A stretch of DNA of 64,000 nucleotides from Piromyces finnis finn. Lineage: Eukaryota > Fungi > Neocallimastigomycota. Below the pieces are notes generated by a model. The model had not been told where the DNA came from. It worked only from the letters and a program-made list of their open reading frames with translations, and did not search any database. Shown one piece after another: positions 1 through 13,439 of the stretch. A program made the translations under genes and the position numbers. The DNA lies in the NCBI GenBank assembly GCA_002104945.1, contig MCFH01000007.1, positions 496,001-560,000 of the forward strand, given 5' to 3'. The stretch's first letter is position 1, and the number at the start of each line of letters is the position of its first letter.

Positions 1-632
1 GTATAAGGAATAGTTCAAATTACACTCACATATCTGATAATGATTTATATAATTATCACAAGAAAACAAAAAATAGTAAAGAAAATAATATATTAAAAGA
101 AAATGAAAAGAGTAAATCTTTAGAAACGGATAATATGGCTAAAAACAATAATAACAACAGTAATAATAATACGATTCAAGATACTGAGAATAACAATTTT
201 TTGAAGAAAAATTATAGTAATAATAGTTCAAATAATTATAGTGAGAATACAAATATTAGTTCAAGTAATAGTAAAAGTGAGTTAACTATCAGTAGTTTAA
301 GTAATAGTGAAAGTAGTAAAAGCGAAGATTCTAATAGTAGTTCAAGTCATAGTGGAAGTAGTAAAAGTGAGGAGGATACTAGTAGTAGTTCAAGTCATAG
401 TGGAAATAGTAAAAGTGAGGATACTAGTAATAGTGAAAATAGTAATAGAAGAGACAGTTCCAAGGATAATTATAATTATCAAAATACGCTATTAAATAAT
501 AGTGATTTGGAACTCAATTCTAATCGATCATCTGAAGAGTCAATTTATATGAATTTACCAGCTGGTGATAAGAAAAGACTTCCTTCCATTAAATTACACT
601 ACTCAAAAGAAAATTTAAATGAGAAAAAATAA
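1..632 (+). CDS. 3' end of a Ser/Asn-rich low-complexity protein, truncated by the window edge
   Basis: Frame is open from position 3 through the listed ORF 135..632 to TAA. Contains ~45-nt Ser-rich repeats (SSSSHSG.SKSE). No recognisable domain. Confidence 0.6.
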   Translation, partial: IRNSSNYTHISDNDLYNYHKKTKNSKENNILKENEKSKSLETDNMAKNNNNNSNNNTIQDTENNNFLKKNYSNNSSNNYSENTNISSSNSKSELTISSLSNSESSKSEDSNSSSSHSGSSKSEEDTSSSSSHSGNSKSEDTSNSENSNRRDSSKDNYNYQNTLLNNSDLELNSNRSSEESIYMNLPAGDKKRLPSIKLHYSKENLNEKK

Positions 633-1297
633 ATAATCATTATAAATTATATAAGAACGACTAAAAACAAAAAAAAAAAAAAATATATATATATATATGA
701 AAAATTATAATAATGATATATAACTATTTTTTGTAATACATTTATATAATTACAATTTTTGTCAAAAATTTATATACCAATTTCTTTTAATATTAATTAT
801 AACCAAAATAATATAATACTACCATAATTATAATAATAAAAGAAATATATACCAAATATTTTATATTTTATATATTTAATAATTATTTCTATATACTATT
901 TTAATCTCACATATATATATTAAATTATCTATATATAACAATTTTTGATTTTAAAAAGCAATTATAATAAATAATAGCAATAAAACTGCTAATTAAATAA
1001 AACATATTTAAATACAAAGTTTTTTATGTATATATTTAAAAGAGAAATTCAAGAATTTATTAATGAGTTTAATAATATTTTTATACCAAAAAAAGTATGG
1101 TTGAACCATTTTTTTTTTGGTAGTATTATGATGTGTAGTTTTATTTAATAAAGATTTTTTGGAAAAATCATCCAATCCAATCAAATATTTTATCTAAAGA
1201 CATTAATTATAATATGATTTAAAAAATGATTTAGTTATTTATATTTTATTTAATTTTTTAAAATAAAAATCAATTTCAAATTTTTAAAAAAAAAAAA

Positions 1298-3198
1298 ATG
1301 ATTGCCATTGGATTTGAAGGTTTGTTAACTTGAAAAACAAAAGAATATAAAAAAATAATAATAAATAATAAATTTAAAAAAAAAGTTTTATAATAATATA
1401 TATATATATATAAAATTAAAAATAGTTATTAAGAATTATTTTTTATTAATTAATAAAATAAAAATTAATAGGAAGTGCAAATAAATTAGGTGTCGGTATT
1501 ATTGAACATACTGAAGATGGACAAGTTAAAATTTTAGCTAATATTAGAGATACTTATAACGCACCACCAGGTGAAGGTTTCCTTCCAAGAGATACTGCTG
1601 AACATCATAGAAGGGTTGTTTTGGATGTTACAAAAAAAGCAATGAAAACAGCAAATGTTACTTCAAAAGATATTGATATAATTGCCTACACTAAAGGTAT
1701 AATAATGATAATAGAAATATTATTGTATCATCAGAGTGTATATAACTTAATTTTAAACAATAATTTATTAAAAATAATAATAATTATAATTAGGACCAGG
1801 AATTGGTGGTCCATTAGTATCAACTGCTGTTGTTGCAAGAACTTTATCATTATTATGGAATAAGCCAATTGTTGGTGTTAATCATTGTATTGGACGTAAG
1901 TAAATTTTACTATTTTAAATTAAATTAAAAATATACATGCTTTTAAATGTTAAATTTTAAAATATTATTTATTGATTTTCCCACAATTTTAAATTTATAT
2001 AACTAAATTAATTTTGAAAGATATTGAAATGGGACGTGAAGTAACAAAAGCCACAAATCCTGTTGTTTTATATGTCAGTGGTGGTAACACACAAGTTATT
2101 GCCTACTCAGAAAAAAAGTAATTATTTCAAATATTTCAAATAGTCAAAAATTTTAAATAACACCATAATAAAATAAAATAACATTTTATTGCAATTATGA
2201 TAAAAAAAAAAAAAAAGAAGAAGAAGGGGAACAGTATTTAATAATAAATTAACAATACATTTATTTTTTATAAAAGGTATAGAATTTTTGGTGAAACTAT
2301 TGATATTGCTGTCGGTAACTGTTTAGATAGATTTGCAAGAATTATTAAATTATCAAATGACCCAAGTCCTGGTTATAATATTGAACAAGAAGCAAAAAAG
2401 TAATTGATAATTAATAATTTATCATTCCATTATTATTAAAAGCATGAAATTAATAATTATTGCAAATTTAATAAAACAAAAATTATAAATTTTTTTTATG
2501 TAGAGGAAAGAAATATCTTGAACTTCCATATTCAGTTAAAGGTATGGATGTATCATTCTCTGGTATTTTATCTTCTATCGAAACTCTTGCTAAAAATCAA
2601 TTAAAAAATGGTGAATGTACTCCAGCAGATCTTTGTTTCTCATTACAAGAAACTGTTTTTGCTATGTTAGTTGAAACTACAGAAAGAACTATGGCACATG
2701 TTGATTCTAATGAAGTTTTAATTGTTGGTGGTGTTGGATGTAATTTAAGATTACAAGAAATGATGCAATCTATGGTTGAACAAAGAGGTGGTAAATTATT
2801 TGCTACTGATGATAGGTAAATACTGTATACTTTATAAAGCCCCATCACTATTATTATCATTATATAATATAGCTTCCATTTTATATTTTTGATAATTAAT
2901 TATTAATAATTATTTATAATACTCAATGTAGATTCTGTATAGATAACGGTGCAATGATTGCTCATACTGGTCTTCTTATGTATAAGCATGGATCAGAAAC
3001 TCCATTCGAAGAAACCTATTGTACACAAAGGTGAGTTTTAAATGAAAATTAAAAAATAGATAGTAATCTAATTTTTATTAAATGATGATAAATAACAACA
3101 AAATTATTAACTCTGGTATTTTTTTTTCTTGTTATTTATTTTTTGAATATTTCTACAGATATAGAACTGATGAAATCATAACTACTTGGAGAGATTAA
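1298..3198 (+). CDS. KAE1: tRNA N6-adenosine threonylcarbamoyltransferase, KEOPS subunit Kae1/OSGEP (multi-exon)
   Basis: Spliced translation gives [99 protein letters not shown] and [12 protein letters not shown]. Introns are GT-AG. Confidence 0.97.
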
Positions 3199-5870
3199 TT
3201 ATATTAATATTTACATTTGCAATATATAAAGAAAAAAAAAATACATTTAATATATACCCAATATGACAAATAAAAAAATTTTTTTTCATAAAACTACAAA
3301 TCAAATATTATATATAGTATATATATATATATAACCAACTTTGAAAACATGACTATTTGTTATTGAAGATTAAGAATGTAAATAATACATATTAAATAAA
3401 ATAAACAATAAAAATAGATAAAATGCTACATTATCAAGAATAAATATAATATTAGATGTAGGAATAATATATTCTGAAAGAAATTTTATCAAAGTACAAG
3501 TTTAATATACAATAACAATATGTAAATAGTATACGTTTGATAATACTATTTATTGTATCATTGTTTATTTTTTTTTATTATGTATATAAAAGTTATAATT
3601 AAATTTTCAAATAAATATTTTTAACTTTAAATTGTAAAGTTTTCGATGATTGTTATTATAATTCATTTAATTTCTTATTTAACACTTTTAACTATTTATT
3701 AATTTATTTACATTAAATATTATACTTTTTTTTTTTTTTTTCCACTATTATTTAGAAAATAAAATATATAAAGTTAAACTTTACCTATATTTTATTAAAT
3801 AAATAAATAAAAAAAAAAGACTTTAAGTTGTAATTTTTTCTTTCTATTTTTTATATTTAAAGTTTAAATATTTGCTGCTGCTGCAACATTGTTAAAGTTT
3901 TTTTTTTTAAACAAAACAAAATAAAAACTTAAAATGAAAGATAATACAAAACAAATCAATAAATTGTTGATGTAATTGCATTTTCTAAAAAAAAAGATAC
4001 TTTAGAATATATTCATGGTATATAAAGATATATATTTTTTATAATAACAAAAAAGAAAAAAAAAGGCAGTTTTATATATAGTTTAATTTCTATATTACAT
4101 TAATACTATAAATAAATATATTTTTTAATAATTATTTCTTTAGTATAATACTTTTGGAATTAAAATCATAATTTTCATTAATTTTTTTTTTAATATAAAA
4201 TTTATAAAATTAGTGAAATAGAACATTACATTACAAAAATAGAGGCATTATTTATTAATTATTATTAATATAAAATATTTTTTGTTTAAACAATCTCTTT
4301 TACTTTTATTATTTCTCTTTTCTCTTTTACTTTTAATTAATACATAAAAGTATTTAATTATTTTATTTTACTTTATGTTTTAGTTCGTTTTTAATTTATT
4401 AAATCTTAATTTATAATATTTTAATTATAATTTTAATTTATTTTTTATTTTATTTTTTTTTAAAAAAATCCAAAAAAAAAAAAAAAAAATTAATATAAAT
4501 TAATAAAATCAAATATTAATATATATTTTAACTTTATAAATTTTTTAAGATTTATGTATTACACAACACAAGATTTAAAAAAAAAAATGAGTAATATGTG
4601 ACTTTTAACGCAAAGTAAAAATAATCAAAAATGTGGAAAGGATAATAATGATAACAATTAATCATAATAGAAATTAAGTATAATTTTTATTTCCATATAT
4701 AAAATTAGTAGATTATATTTATTTTCTATATTTTTTACTTAAACACTTTGAGAGAATAAAAAAAAATTAGTTATAGAAATGAAATTAAACAAAATAAAGT
4801 ATAAAGATATTTATTAATAAGAATTATAGTATATTATTATAAATGTAAAATAATAATAATTAATGTTTTTTTTTAAACTTTAATTTTATTCTTTATATAT
4901 AAATATTAATTAAATATTTTAAAGTATTTTTTTTTAAAAAAAAAAACTATATAAAAAAGTGTTGATGGAACCTTTTTTTTTCTTATTAATATATAAAGAA
5001 TTAAAAATTAAATTTAAATAAGAATAAAAAAAAAGCATAAAATTATAATGAGTGAAGAATGAAATGATATTTTATTAAAGTTATATGTATATAGCAGTTG
5101 TCAATATTTTCTTTTATAAATAGAAAAAACAATAGTTGATATATACATATAACAATTATAATAAAAATAAAAATTAAATTTATTTCATTATTCTTTATTA
5201 TGAAATAAGTATTTTGTATATATATTACTTATTATTTTATATAATAAAATTAGTTTATTTTAAGTCTAATAATATTTAAAAAAAAAGTATAATTTAATAC
5301 TTTAGCTATATTCTTCATAAGTACCATATATAAGAACAAAATCAAACAGTTTACATATTTAATTCTTGTAGTATCATTCAAAAAAGATATAAAAAAGATA
5401 TTAAAAAAACATTCCCTCAAAACTTAAAATGTTTTTTTCTTCTTTTTTTTGGATAAAATAAAACAAAGAGAAATAATAATAAATTTTGACATATCAAATA
5501 TAAAAAAAAATAATAATAATAAAAATAATAATAATAAAAAGAACGGTGAACAACAAATCAAACCATTAATCAAATAATAACTTATTTAAGTTTGTAAATA
5601 TTCTAAAAGTAATAAATAATAATAGTATAAAAAATCAAAAATTGTTTTTACTTAATCTCTGTAAATATTTCTTTGTTATCTTTTAATTAATAATAAATTA
5701 GTAAAAAAAAAAAATAATAATAACATAAAAATAAAAAAAAGTATTTAAAAAATACAAAAAATATATATATAACAGAATAAAAAAAATATAAACTATTTTA
5801 AAAAAAATTGTAAATAATAATAACAAGTCAAAACATAAAACTATCAAATATTGAAGAATAAGTAATAAAA

Positions 5871-6581
5871 ATGGCATTAGATGCAAATGAAAATAAGTCA
5901 TATTATCGCTGCTTTATATGTTGGGATGATATAGAGTTCGAAGATTCTTCTACTAAAATTGTATCAGCATGTAATTGTATATCAACTGATTTTAAGTATA
6001 CTCATAAGGAATGTCTTAATTTATGGATAAATCAGAATAAGCGTTCAGAATTGAAATGTCAAGTATGTAATTCATGTTATCATGTAAAAAAAGTTTTAAA
6101 ACCATTTAAAAAAATATATATGGAAAATTGGAAAAAAATAAGTTGTTTTTTTATTAGTTTAATTCTTATTAATTCAATTGTTTTAACAATATATATACGA
6201 TGGAGTAAAAAACTTGAAAGTATAAATTATGCTAATTATTTTTATTCAAGTGATATAGAAGATAGTGAAACTATAAATAGTTTTAATGAATGGTTCAATA
6301 GTATTGATGAAAGAGAAAACTTTATAGAAGATTACTTTAGTGAAATTTCCTTTGGTCGCATATTCCAAAATATATACTGTAATTTTTCTTTTATCATAGT
6401 ATTTATAAATACCGTAATTTTGGTATTCGCTTTTTATCATGAAATAGAAAATTTTGTTGAATATTCTATTGATGAAAAATATGAATATAAAAAGCATTTC
6501 AAATTATCTAACCATCATTCAATTGAAAATAAAGAAGATACTTTCAGTAATTATGAATATCAAAAAATAAGAGTTATTTAA
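5871..6581 (+). CDS. RING-CH (MARCH-type) E3 ubiquitin ligase with two transmembrane segments
   Basis: C4HC3 pattern CFIC...CNC...HKECL..WI...CQVC, followed by two hydrophobic stretches. Single exon. Confidence 0.85.
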   Translation: MALDANENKSYYRCFICWDDIEFEDSSTKIVSACNCISTDFKYTHKECLNLWINQNKRSELKCQVCNSCYHVKKVLKPFKKIYMENWKKISCFFISLILINSIVLTIYIRWSKKLESINYANYFYSSDIEDSETINSFNEWFNSIDERENFIEDYFSEISFGRIFQNIYCNFSFIIVFINTVILVFAFYHEIENFVEYSIDEKYEYKKHFKLSNHHSIENKEDTFSNYEYQKIRVI

Positions 6582-7762
6582 AATTAATTTTGATATTATG
6601 TTGAATAGCACAAAATTAAGAAATTATTTAATATTTATATTTTTAAATATAAATAAATTACTCTTTCCATATTATATATATTTATAATATATATATATAT
6701 AGCATAATATAATATTTTTTTCTAAAGATAGTGATAGTAACTATCTATATTACTTTATATTTTCAAATAACATTAAATAAGCGTAAACACAAGATTTTAT
6801 TGTAACTAATTCTATCTTTTATAATAATGATATATAATTTAAACATATTACATTTCCATAATACTTTCATTAATATATAAGAATTTGATTCTAGTTAATC
6901 AATATATAATATGTATAATATGAAATATATTCTTATACATTGGACAATGATTATTTATAGCACATTATAAAAAAAAAAATATATGATGACTTTAAATGAA
7001 TGAAAACTAGCTTTTTTTTTTTTCTATTTGCTCGTAATTCATTAATTTATATAGTTTGTTTTAATCAATAAGCATTCATTACTGAATATTACAATTTAAA
7101 TTTAATTTTTAGTTTTTTAAATATAATTTTAAAAAAAATAAAAAAAAAATTAAAAAATAAAATAAAAAAAAAAAAAAAGGAAGCCTATTTAAAAGTAATA
7201 AATAATCAAAAGAATTAAAACAATGAAATAATTTTACAATTTTTTTCTTTCATATTCATTCCTTTTTTTCGTCCTTTTTTTCTTGCTATTTATAAAACTT
7301 TTTAATCCTTTATAAAAATTTTAACAACTTTTAAATAAGTTTAGTTTTAATGAATTAATACAATTAAACAAAAACTCTAAGAGTAAAATTGTTATAAATA
7401 TATGTTAACTCTATTACTGATATATATATATTCTTTTTTCTTTTTTTTTTTTGTATTAAGAGTTAATAATTGAAACAATAATTATAGATCTATATCTTTT
7501 TGTTATTATTATATTTCTTAATTTTAAATTTCTTTAAAAGCATTAATCAATGCAATTTTTTTTTTTAGACTAGGAAGAGAATACACATCTTTTATTTATT
7601 TATTTATTTAATTTGTGATATTACATAATATTAGGTTATAATACATATTGATATAATAAATAATAAATAAAAATAATAAAATATATATAAATAAAAATAT
7701 AAATATAAAATAATATAAAATAATTATTTTAAGTTGCATAAAAGTTCAATGAACTCTATAAT

Positions 7763-8170
7763 TTGTACTGTGTGGGATTGGTCCCTACCTAATAAATTAA
7801 ATGAAATAATATAAAGAAGTAACATCAGGTATGATAGTGTGGTGTCCACTAAACCCTCCCATGAGTTCATAATGTTTTCATTTGAAGAAATACTAACATT
7901 GAACCCTGTGTACGGAACACTGAGAATGTTCCTTTGCTATATCAGTACGACGTCGGCGCTCTTGATTTTACATTAGGTGTCTTACTAAACCTATCAAAAA
8001 GTAGCCTCATAGAGCTACTAATGATAGGGATTGTTTTAGTAAGAAAAGCCGCGAGACCTTCTACATATGGAACATGAGACCCCGATGAATTGTAAAGCTG
8101 TTCATTCAAATGTCTTTGTTTCGCCTTATCGATTTGTAGCTCATCATAAGCTAAAATTCCACCAAGAAGG
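7763..8170 (+). ncRNA. Structured non-coding RNA; candidate telomerase RNA (identity tentative)
   Basis: GC-enriched ORF-free island. Stems: 7763-7770/7943-7950, 7865-7876/7895-7904, 7914-7919/7927-7932, 7981-7989/8035-8043 (long hairpin) and 8057-8062/8165-8170. G-U pairs favour the + strand. CTAAACCCT at 7849-7857. Confidence 0.6.
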
Positions 8171-9145
8171 AACGTAAAAATATAGTTATAAATTGTTCAA
8201 TGTAATAGAAAATAAAAAAATCATTAAATAATTATTTCATTATTTTAGAATTACTTATTTTCAACCGAAGCTGTTAATATATTGTTAATATATACTTTAG
8301 AAAATAATAAGTACTTTATTTTTCTATATTTTTGTAATCTATTTCTCAATAATAATAACAATGCTTTTTGATATAACAAATTATATAGGAATTAAGTGAA
8401 AAAGCTAATGATCTATATATTAGGCTTTTTAAAGGTTGTAATCTAATTGCCTAAAGAATAGTTTTTTGTTAAAGTTTTTTTTTATTCTAATAAAGATATA
8501 GTTTTTATTTTTAATTTTAGAATTTTAGTATTTTTTTAATATTAATTATCATTACTCTATTTCTAGCTCTTTAACTATCATTTATATTACACATTTCATT
8601 ATTACATAATTGCTTTTACTCTCTAGTTACTCTTTGAGTTGTTTTGTAATAAAAGCTTGCTTTTTTAATTATAATCCTTTAAAGATTTATGTTAATATAT
8701 AATAACAATATATTAAAGTATATTCCCTTTGAATAGATGTTTAAATTAAATAATGAAATTAAAATCTGAAATAAAATAATATGTGTAACGTTAAATTATA
8801 TATATTGTTAATTCAATTGATTATATTCCATATATATTAATAAATTAAGAATTAGAAAATCCTTTCATAAAAATAAACCTTAATTTATAATAAAATATAA
8901 ATTAAAAAAAAAATTATTATTAAAAATTCCTAAATTTCATCAACACTAATTATTCAAATTTTAATAATAAAAATACTAGTTTTTTTTTTTTTTTTCTTTA
9001 CAAATTAAATAATAAAAAAAAAAAAAGAATTAAAAGAAATTAATAATCAATATAATAAATAATTGTAGATTAGATAAATATATATAGTAAAATATATATA
9101 TATACAACCTTATAGATTAATAAATAATATAGATTATAAATAAAA

Positions 9146-11714
9146 ATGTTAGCTAATGAATTAAAAAAAGCAGAAAGTAACAGTAGAAATAAACAATTAG
9201 AAGCAGAAATTGAAATGCTTGCCAATGGAATTAAAGAAAATAGAAAATCTGTAAAATCTACTTCTTCTTTATCTAAAAACTATAAATCCACCCTTCCAAA
9301 GAGATCAGTTAATACTGGTGCTACTACTTCAAAATCAAAAATTTCTTCCAATTATGGTGTTAAAAAACCAGGATCTGCAAGTAATTCTGTATCAAGTGGA
9401 TACAAAACTACTGCCCATACTTATGGTCATTCAGCTTCTCATATAATTTCAACCACTAGAAATGCTAATAGTAAACCAACTATTAAAACCAATAAGACAT
9501 CTAAAACCCTTTCAACTTCCTCTAAAACTAGCTCTAAATCTAGTCCAAAATCAACTACAAGATTATCAACAATTACCAAAACTAATACAACTTCAACTAC
9601 AAAAAGTAATTATTCCATAGTGATTAAAAAAAAAAAATACGCAGTTGAATATAGTAGAATAGAATGCAGAATATATCCCTCTAAAATTTTATAAATTATT
9701 ATTTAGAAATATTATTATCATAATAATTCAAATGTTTAAAAAATAAATATATAAATATAAAAATTAATTATATATTAATATATATACATCCTATATATTT
9801 TATCAATAATGAATAGAAACAACTACTAGAACTGTTGCTCCATTAAAACACAGAAGACTTAGTAAACCACCAACTTTATCTGATAGTGATATAATTGAAA
9901 AGCAAACTTCTGAAATTGCTTCCTTAGAAAATAAATTAAAAGTATGGTTTAATATCCTGATTTTCTGTTTTGCTTTTTTAAATATAATTCAAAAAAATTT
10001 ATTAATAAACTTTAATTGTAAAATTTAATATTATTATATAGGAATTAACAGAAAAATATTTATTATTAGAAGAATCTGCTTTACTTTACCAAAATGATAA
10101 AATTAGCAATGACTGTGCTACTATTGCAAGTCAAAATAAATACATTTCTGAATTAGAACAAGCTAATCAACCAAAGATTGCTGCTGATTGTGCCACCATT
10201 AATGAATTAATGAAGCAAATCAATCAACCAAAGATTGATGCTGACTGTGCTACTATTAACGAATTAATGAAGCAAATTAATCAACCAAAGATTGCTGCTG
10301 ATTGTGCTACTATTGCTAATCAAAACAAGCATATTGCTGAATTAGAAGAACAAATCAATCAACCAAAGATTGATGCTGATTGTGCCACCATTAATGAATT
10401 AATGAAGCAAATCAATCAACCAAAGATTGCTGCTGATTGTGCTACTATTAACGAATTAATGAAGCAAATCAATCAACCAAAGATTGCTGCTGACTGTGCT
10501 ACTATTAACGAATTAATGAAGCAAATTAATCAACCAAAGATTGCTGCTGATTGTGCTACTATTGCTAATCAAAACAAGTATATTACTGAATTAGAAGAAC
10601 AAGTTAACCAATTAACTTCCAAGCTTTCAATTAAAAGTATTTCAAGAGAAGTTTCACAAGTTAAAATTGAAAATGATTGTGCCACAATTGCTGCTCAAAA
10701 CGAGCAACTTAGATTAAAGGATCAAGAAATTGAACAATTAAAACAACAAATCTTACAATTATCAGCTTCAAAGATTTCAAATAATTGTGCTACAATTTTA
10801 GAACAAAATAAAATCATTGAAGCTCAAGATAAAGAAATTAAGGCCCTCAAATCCCAACTTGAGTCAGTTAATACCAGTTCTAAGATTTCAAATGATTGTG
10901 CTACTATCAATGAATTAATGAAGCAAATTAATCAACCAAAGATTGCTGCTGACTGTGCTACTATTAACGAATTAATGAAGCAAATTAATCAACCAAAGAT
11001 TGCTGCTGATTGTGCTACTATTGCTAATCAAAACAAGCATATTGCTGAATTAGAAGAACAAATCAATCAACCAAAGATTGCTGCTGACTGTGCTACTATT
11101 AATGAATTAATGAAGCAAATTAATCAACCAAAGATTGCTGCTGATTGTGCCACTATTGCTTCCCAAAATCAACTTATCAGTGAATTAAAAGAACAACTTC
11201 TTCAAAAAGATAGAGCTGTTACTTCTAAATCAGATAAAATTGAAAATGATTGTGCCACTATTTCTAACCAAAATGAAACTATTAATAAATTAAAAAAATC
11301 ACTCGAAGAAGTATGTAGATATATGTATATAAAGTTTTATAAAATATTATTATACTAATCATCATTTATTTTTTTTTATCTTAATTTTCTCAGGTTACAT
11401 ACGATAACCAAGCATTACGTAGTAATAATCAAGTTTTACATGATGATATTAAAGATTTAGAAGTCATTCTCAGTCAACTTCGTATTACCTATTTCTCCGA
11501 AAGAAACAGAACTGATTCTTTAGTTGTAAGTTTTATAAAAATTACAAATAAAATATAAAATATATCAATATATTAAAGTATTCTATTCCAACAACACGTT
11601 ATAACATTAATAATTTAACATTACTTTTATATATATATATAGCAAACTATTAGTCAACTTAAGAGAGAAAATTCTCAACTTTCCTCTGACCTTGAAGCTT
11701 TAAAGAATAACTAA
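9146..11714 (+). CDS. Multi-exon protein: basic Ser/Thr/Lys-rich N-terminus plus coiled-coil region with ~16 DCATI repeats
   Basis: ORFs 9146..9694 and 10210..11358 are joined by GT-AG introns (exons about 9146-9605, 9816-9941, 10041-11310, 11394-11524, 11643-11714). Ends EALKNN*. Contains 57-nt and 78-nt coding repeats. Confidence 0.8.
10165..11165 (+). repeat. Coding tandem repeats QINQPKIAADCATINELMK (57 nt) and a 26-aa variant (78 nt), in two arrays
   Basis: Near-identical units caaattaatcaaccaaagattgctgctgattgtgctactattaacgaattaatgaag at about 10165-10610 and 10890-11165. Confidence 0.95.
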
Positions 11715-12345
11715 ATCAGATGAAAAAAGGAAAAAAGAATTAAATATAGACAAACTATAATAATACCATTTTTAAAAAAATATTGTTAAATAAAAGGGGG
11801 AAGGGAAATGAATTAAAATCATCATATAAGAAAGAAAAAAAAAAAAAAAAGAAATAGAAATAGAAATATCAAATAATTCAATCATCCTTTTGGAACAATA
11901 TTTTACAAAATATAATTAATTTATTCAAAATGATTAATTATTAAAACCTTTTTTTATTTTTTTAAAAAAAAAAAAAATTAAATAATTTATAATCTTTATA
12001 ATATTAATACTCTTTTAATTCTTAATATTAATATAAACATTTACAATTAAATTAATAGAGAAAAGGCAAAAAAAAAAAATTTTTTTATTTTTACCTTTTC
12101 CGTTGTCTACCTAAGTAATAATTTTTTTTTTTTTTTTTATAATTTTTAAAAAAAAAATAAAGATATAAATATTATATAATAACTTTGAATATTGTATGTA
12201 TTATATTTTTGAAATTTAAATTTGAAAAAAGAGAAATTCAGTTTTCTTATTAATTTTTTTTTTCCTGTTAGGTATTGCTTTAATGAAAATAGTAATGTAA
12301 TTTTCATTTTGGTTATTTCATTATTGTATAATTTAATGATCTCTC

Positions 12346-12376
<31 letters not shown>

Positions 12377-12866
12377 ATAGCAAAATGTTTTTCCATTTAA
12401 TAGCAACATAAAAGAATTAAAAATATAAAATTATTAAATAATTCATATATCAATATATGTAAAAGTTTGTTAAAGTTTTTTACTTTTTTTTTTTATTAAG
12501 AAAAAAAAAAAAAAAAGTTGTAAAATTATTTTTCTTATACTCTAATAAAAAAATATAAAAAATTAGTCTTTTTCTATATTTATTATCATTATTATAATTT
12601 AATGTCAAAATTATAATCAATTTTTAGGTTTAGCAAGTTAAAGGAAAGCAATATTTTTTTTTTAAAAAAAAAAAGGATAAAATATTGGATTATAATACCA
12701 ATGATAAAATAATAGTAATTGTTTTTTTTTTTTAATATTTATTTTATTTATTAATGAATTTTATTATACATAAATGGTTATCTTTGTTGTTGTTGTTTAA
12801 ATTACAATATTTATACAAAAAAAATAATACATTTATTTTATAATTTACTTATTAATTTTTATTTAA

Positions 12867-13439
12867 TTAAAATAAGAAAATTGTTGAAATTAAACCAATT
12901 AATAAGATGCTGGCAATCTTTAAGGAAGCATTTGAAAGAGCGCCACTACAAATATTACTGAGTTCATCTAATTGCTTCTTTTTTTCATCATATTTTTCAT
13001 CATTTTTATCAAGAGTGCTATAATATAATTCTTTTAAATTTTTTTCATAATGCTTTTGACATTTGCTACAATTTTCTATTAAAGTTCCATTACTAATTTT
13101 AACTTTAAGAAGTTCATCATAACAGTAAACACCACCATCTTTTGCACAAATAAGACTTTTCATTAATTCTCCCATTTGTAAAGTAGTAGATAAAATTTTA
13201 GAAATATCGTTTGAATAATTTTTGTTTCCTTTCCATGATTCTTTCATACAGTCTTCATAATCATTTCTTACGTTTTTACAAATATCTAATGGACATTGGG
13301 ATTCAGCAGTTTTTGCGCCTATACCAACTACTCCTTGAATAGATCTTATACATTCCTCAAAATTACTTTTATCACATTTATCTGCTTTGATAAATGCAAT
13401 ACTAGCAACAACTAAAAAGAATAAAGTGTAGAATTTCAT
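12867..13439 (-). CDS. Small secreted Cys-rich protein, probably GPI-anchored
   Basis: N-terminal signal peptide MKFYTLFFLVVASIAFIKA, about 10 Cys, and C-terminal SGALSNA plus a hydrophobic tail. Intronless. Confidence 0.8.
   Translation of the reverse strand: MKFYTLFFLVVASIAFIKADKCDKSNFEECIRSIQGVVGIGAKTAESQCPLDICKNVRNDYEDCMKESWKGNKNYSNDISKILSTTLQMGELMKSLICAKDGGVYCYDELLKVKISNGTLIENCSKCQKHYEKNLKELYYSTLDKNDEKYDEKKKQLDELSNICSGALSNASLKIASILLIGLISTIFLF

Noticed and set aside
8050-8090. RNase P/MRP CR-I-like motifs (GAAGGTCT on minus, GAGACCCCG on plus)
   Set aside because: No complementary CR-V/P4 strand at the expected position on either strand.
8105-8150. Hammerhead ribozyme on the minus strand (ATGATGA...GAAAC)
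   Set aside because: The invariant C3 is missing, and stems II and III do not form.
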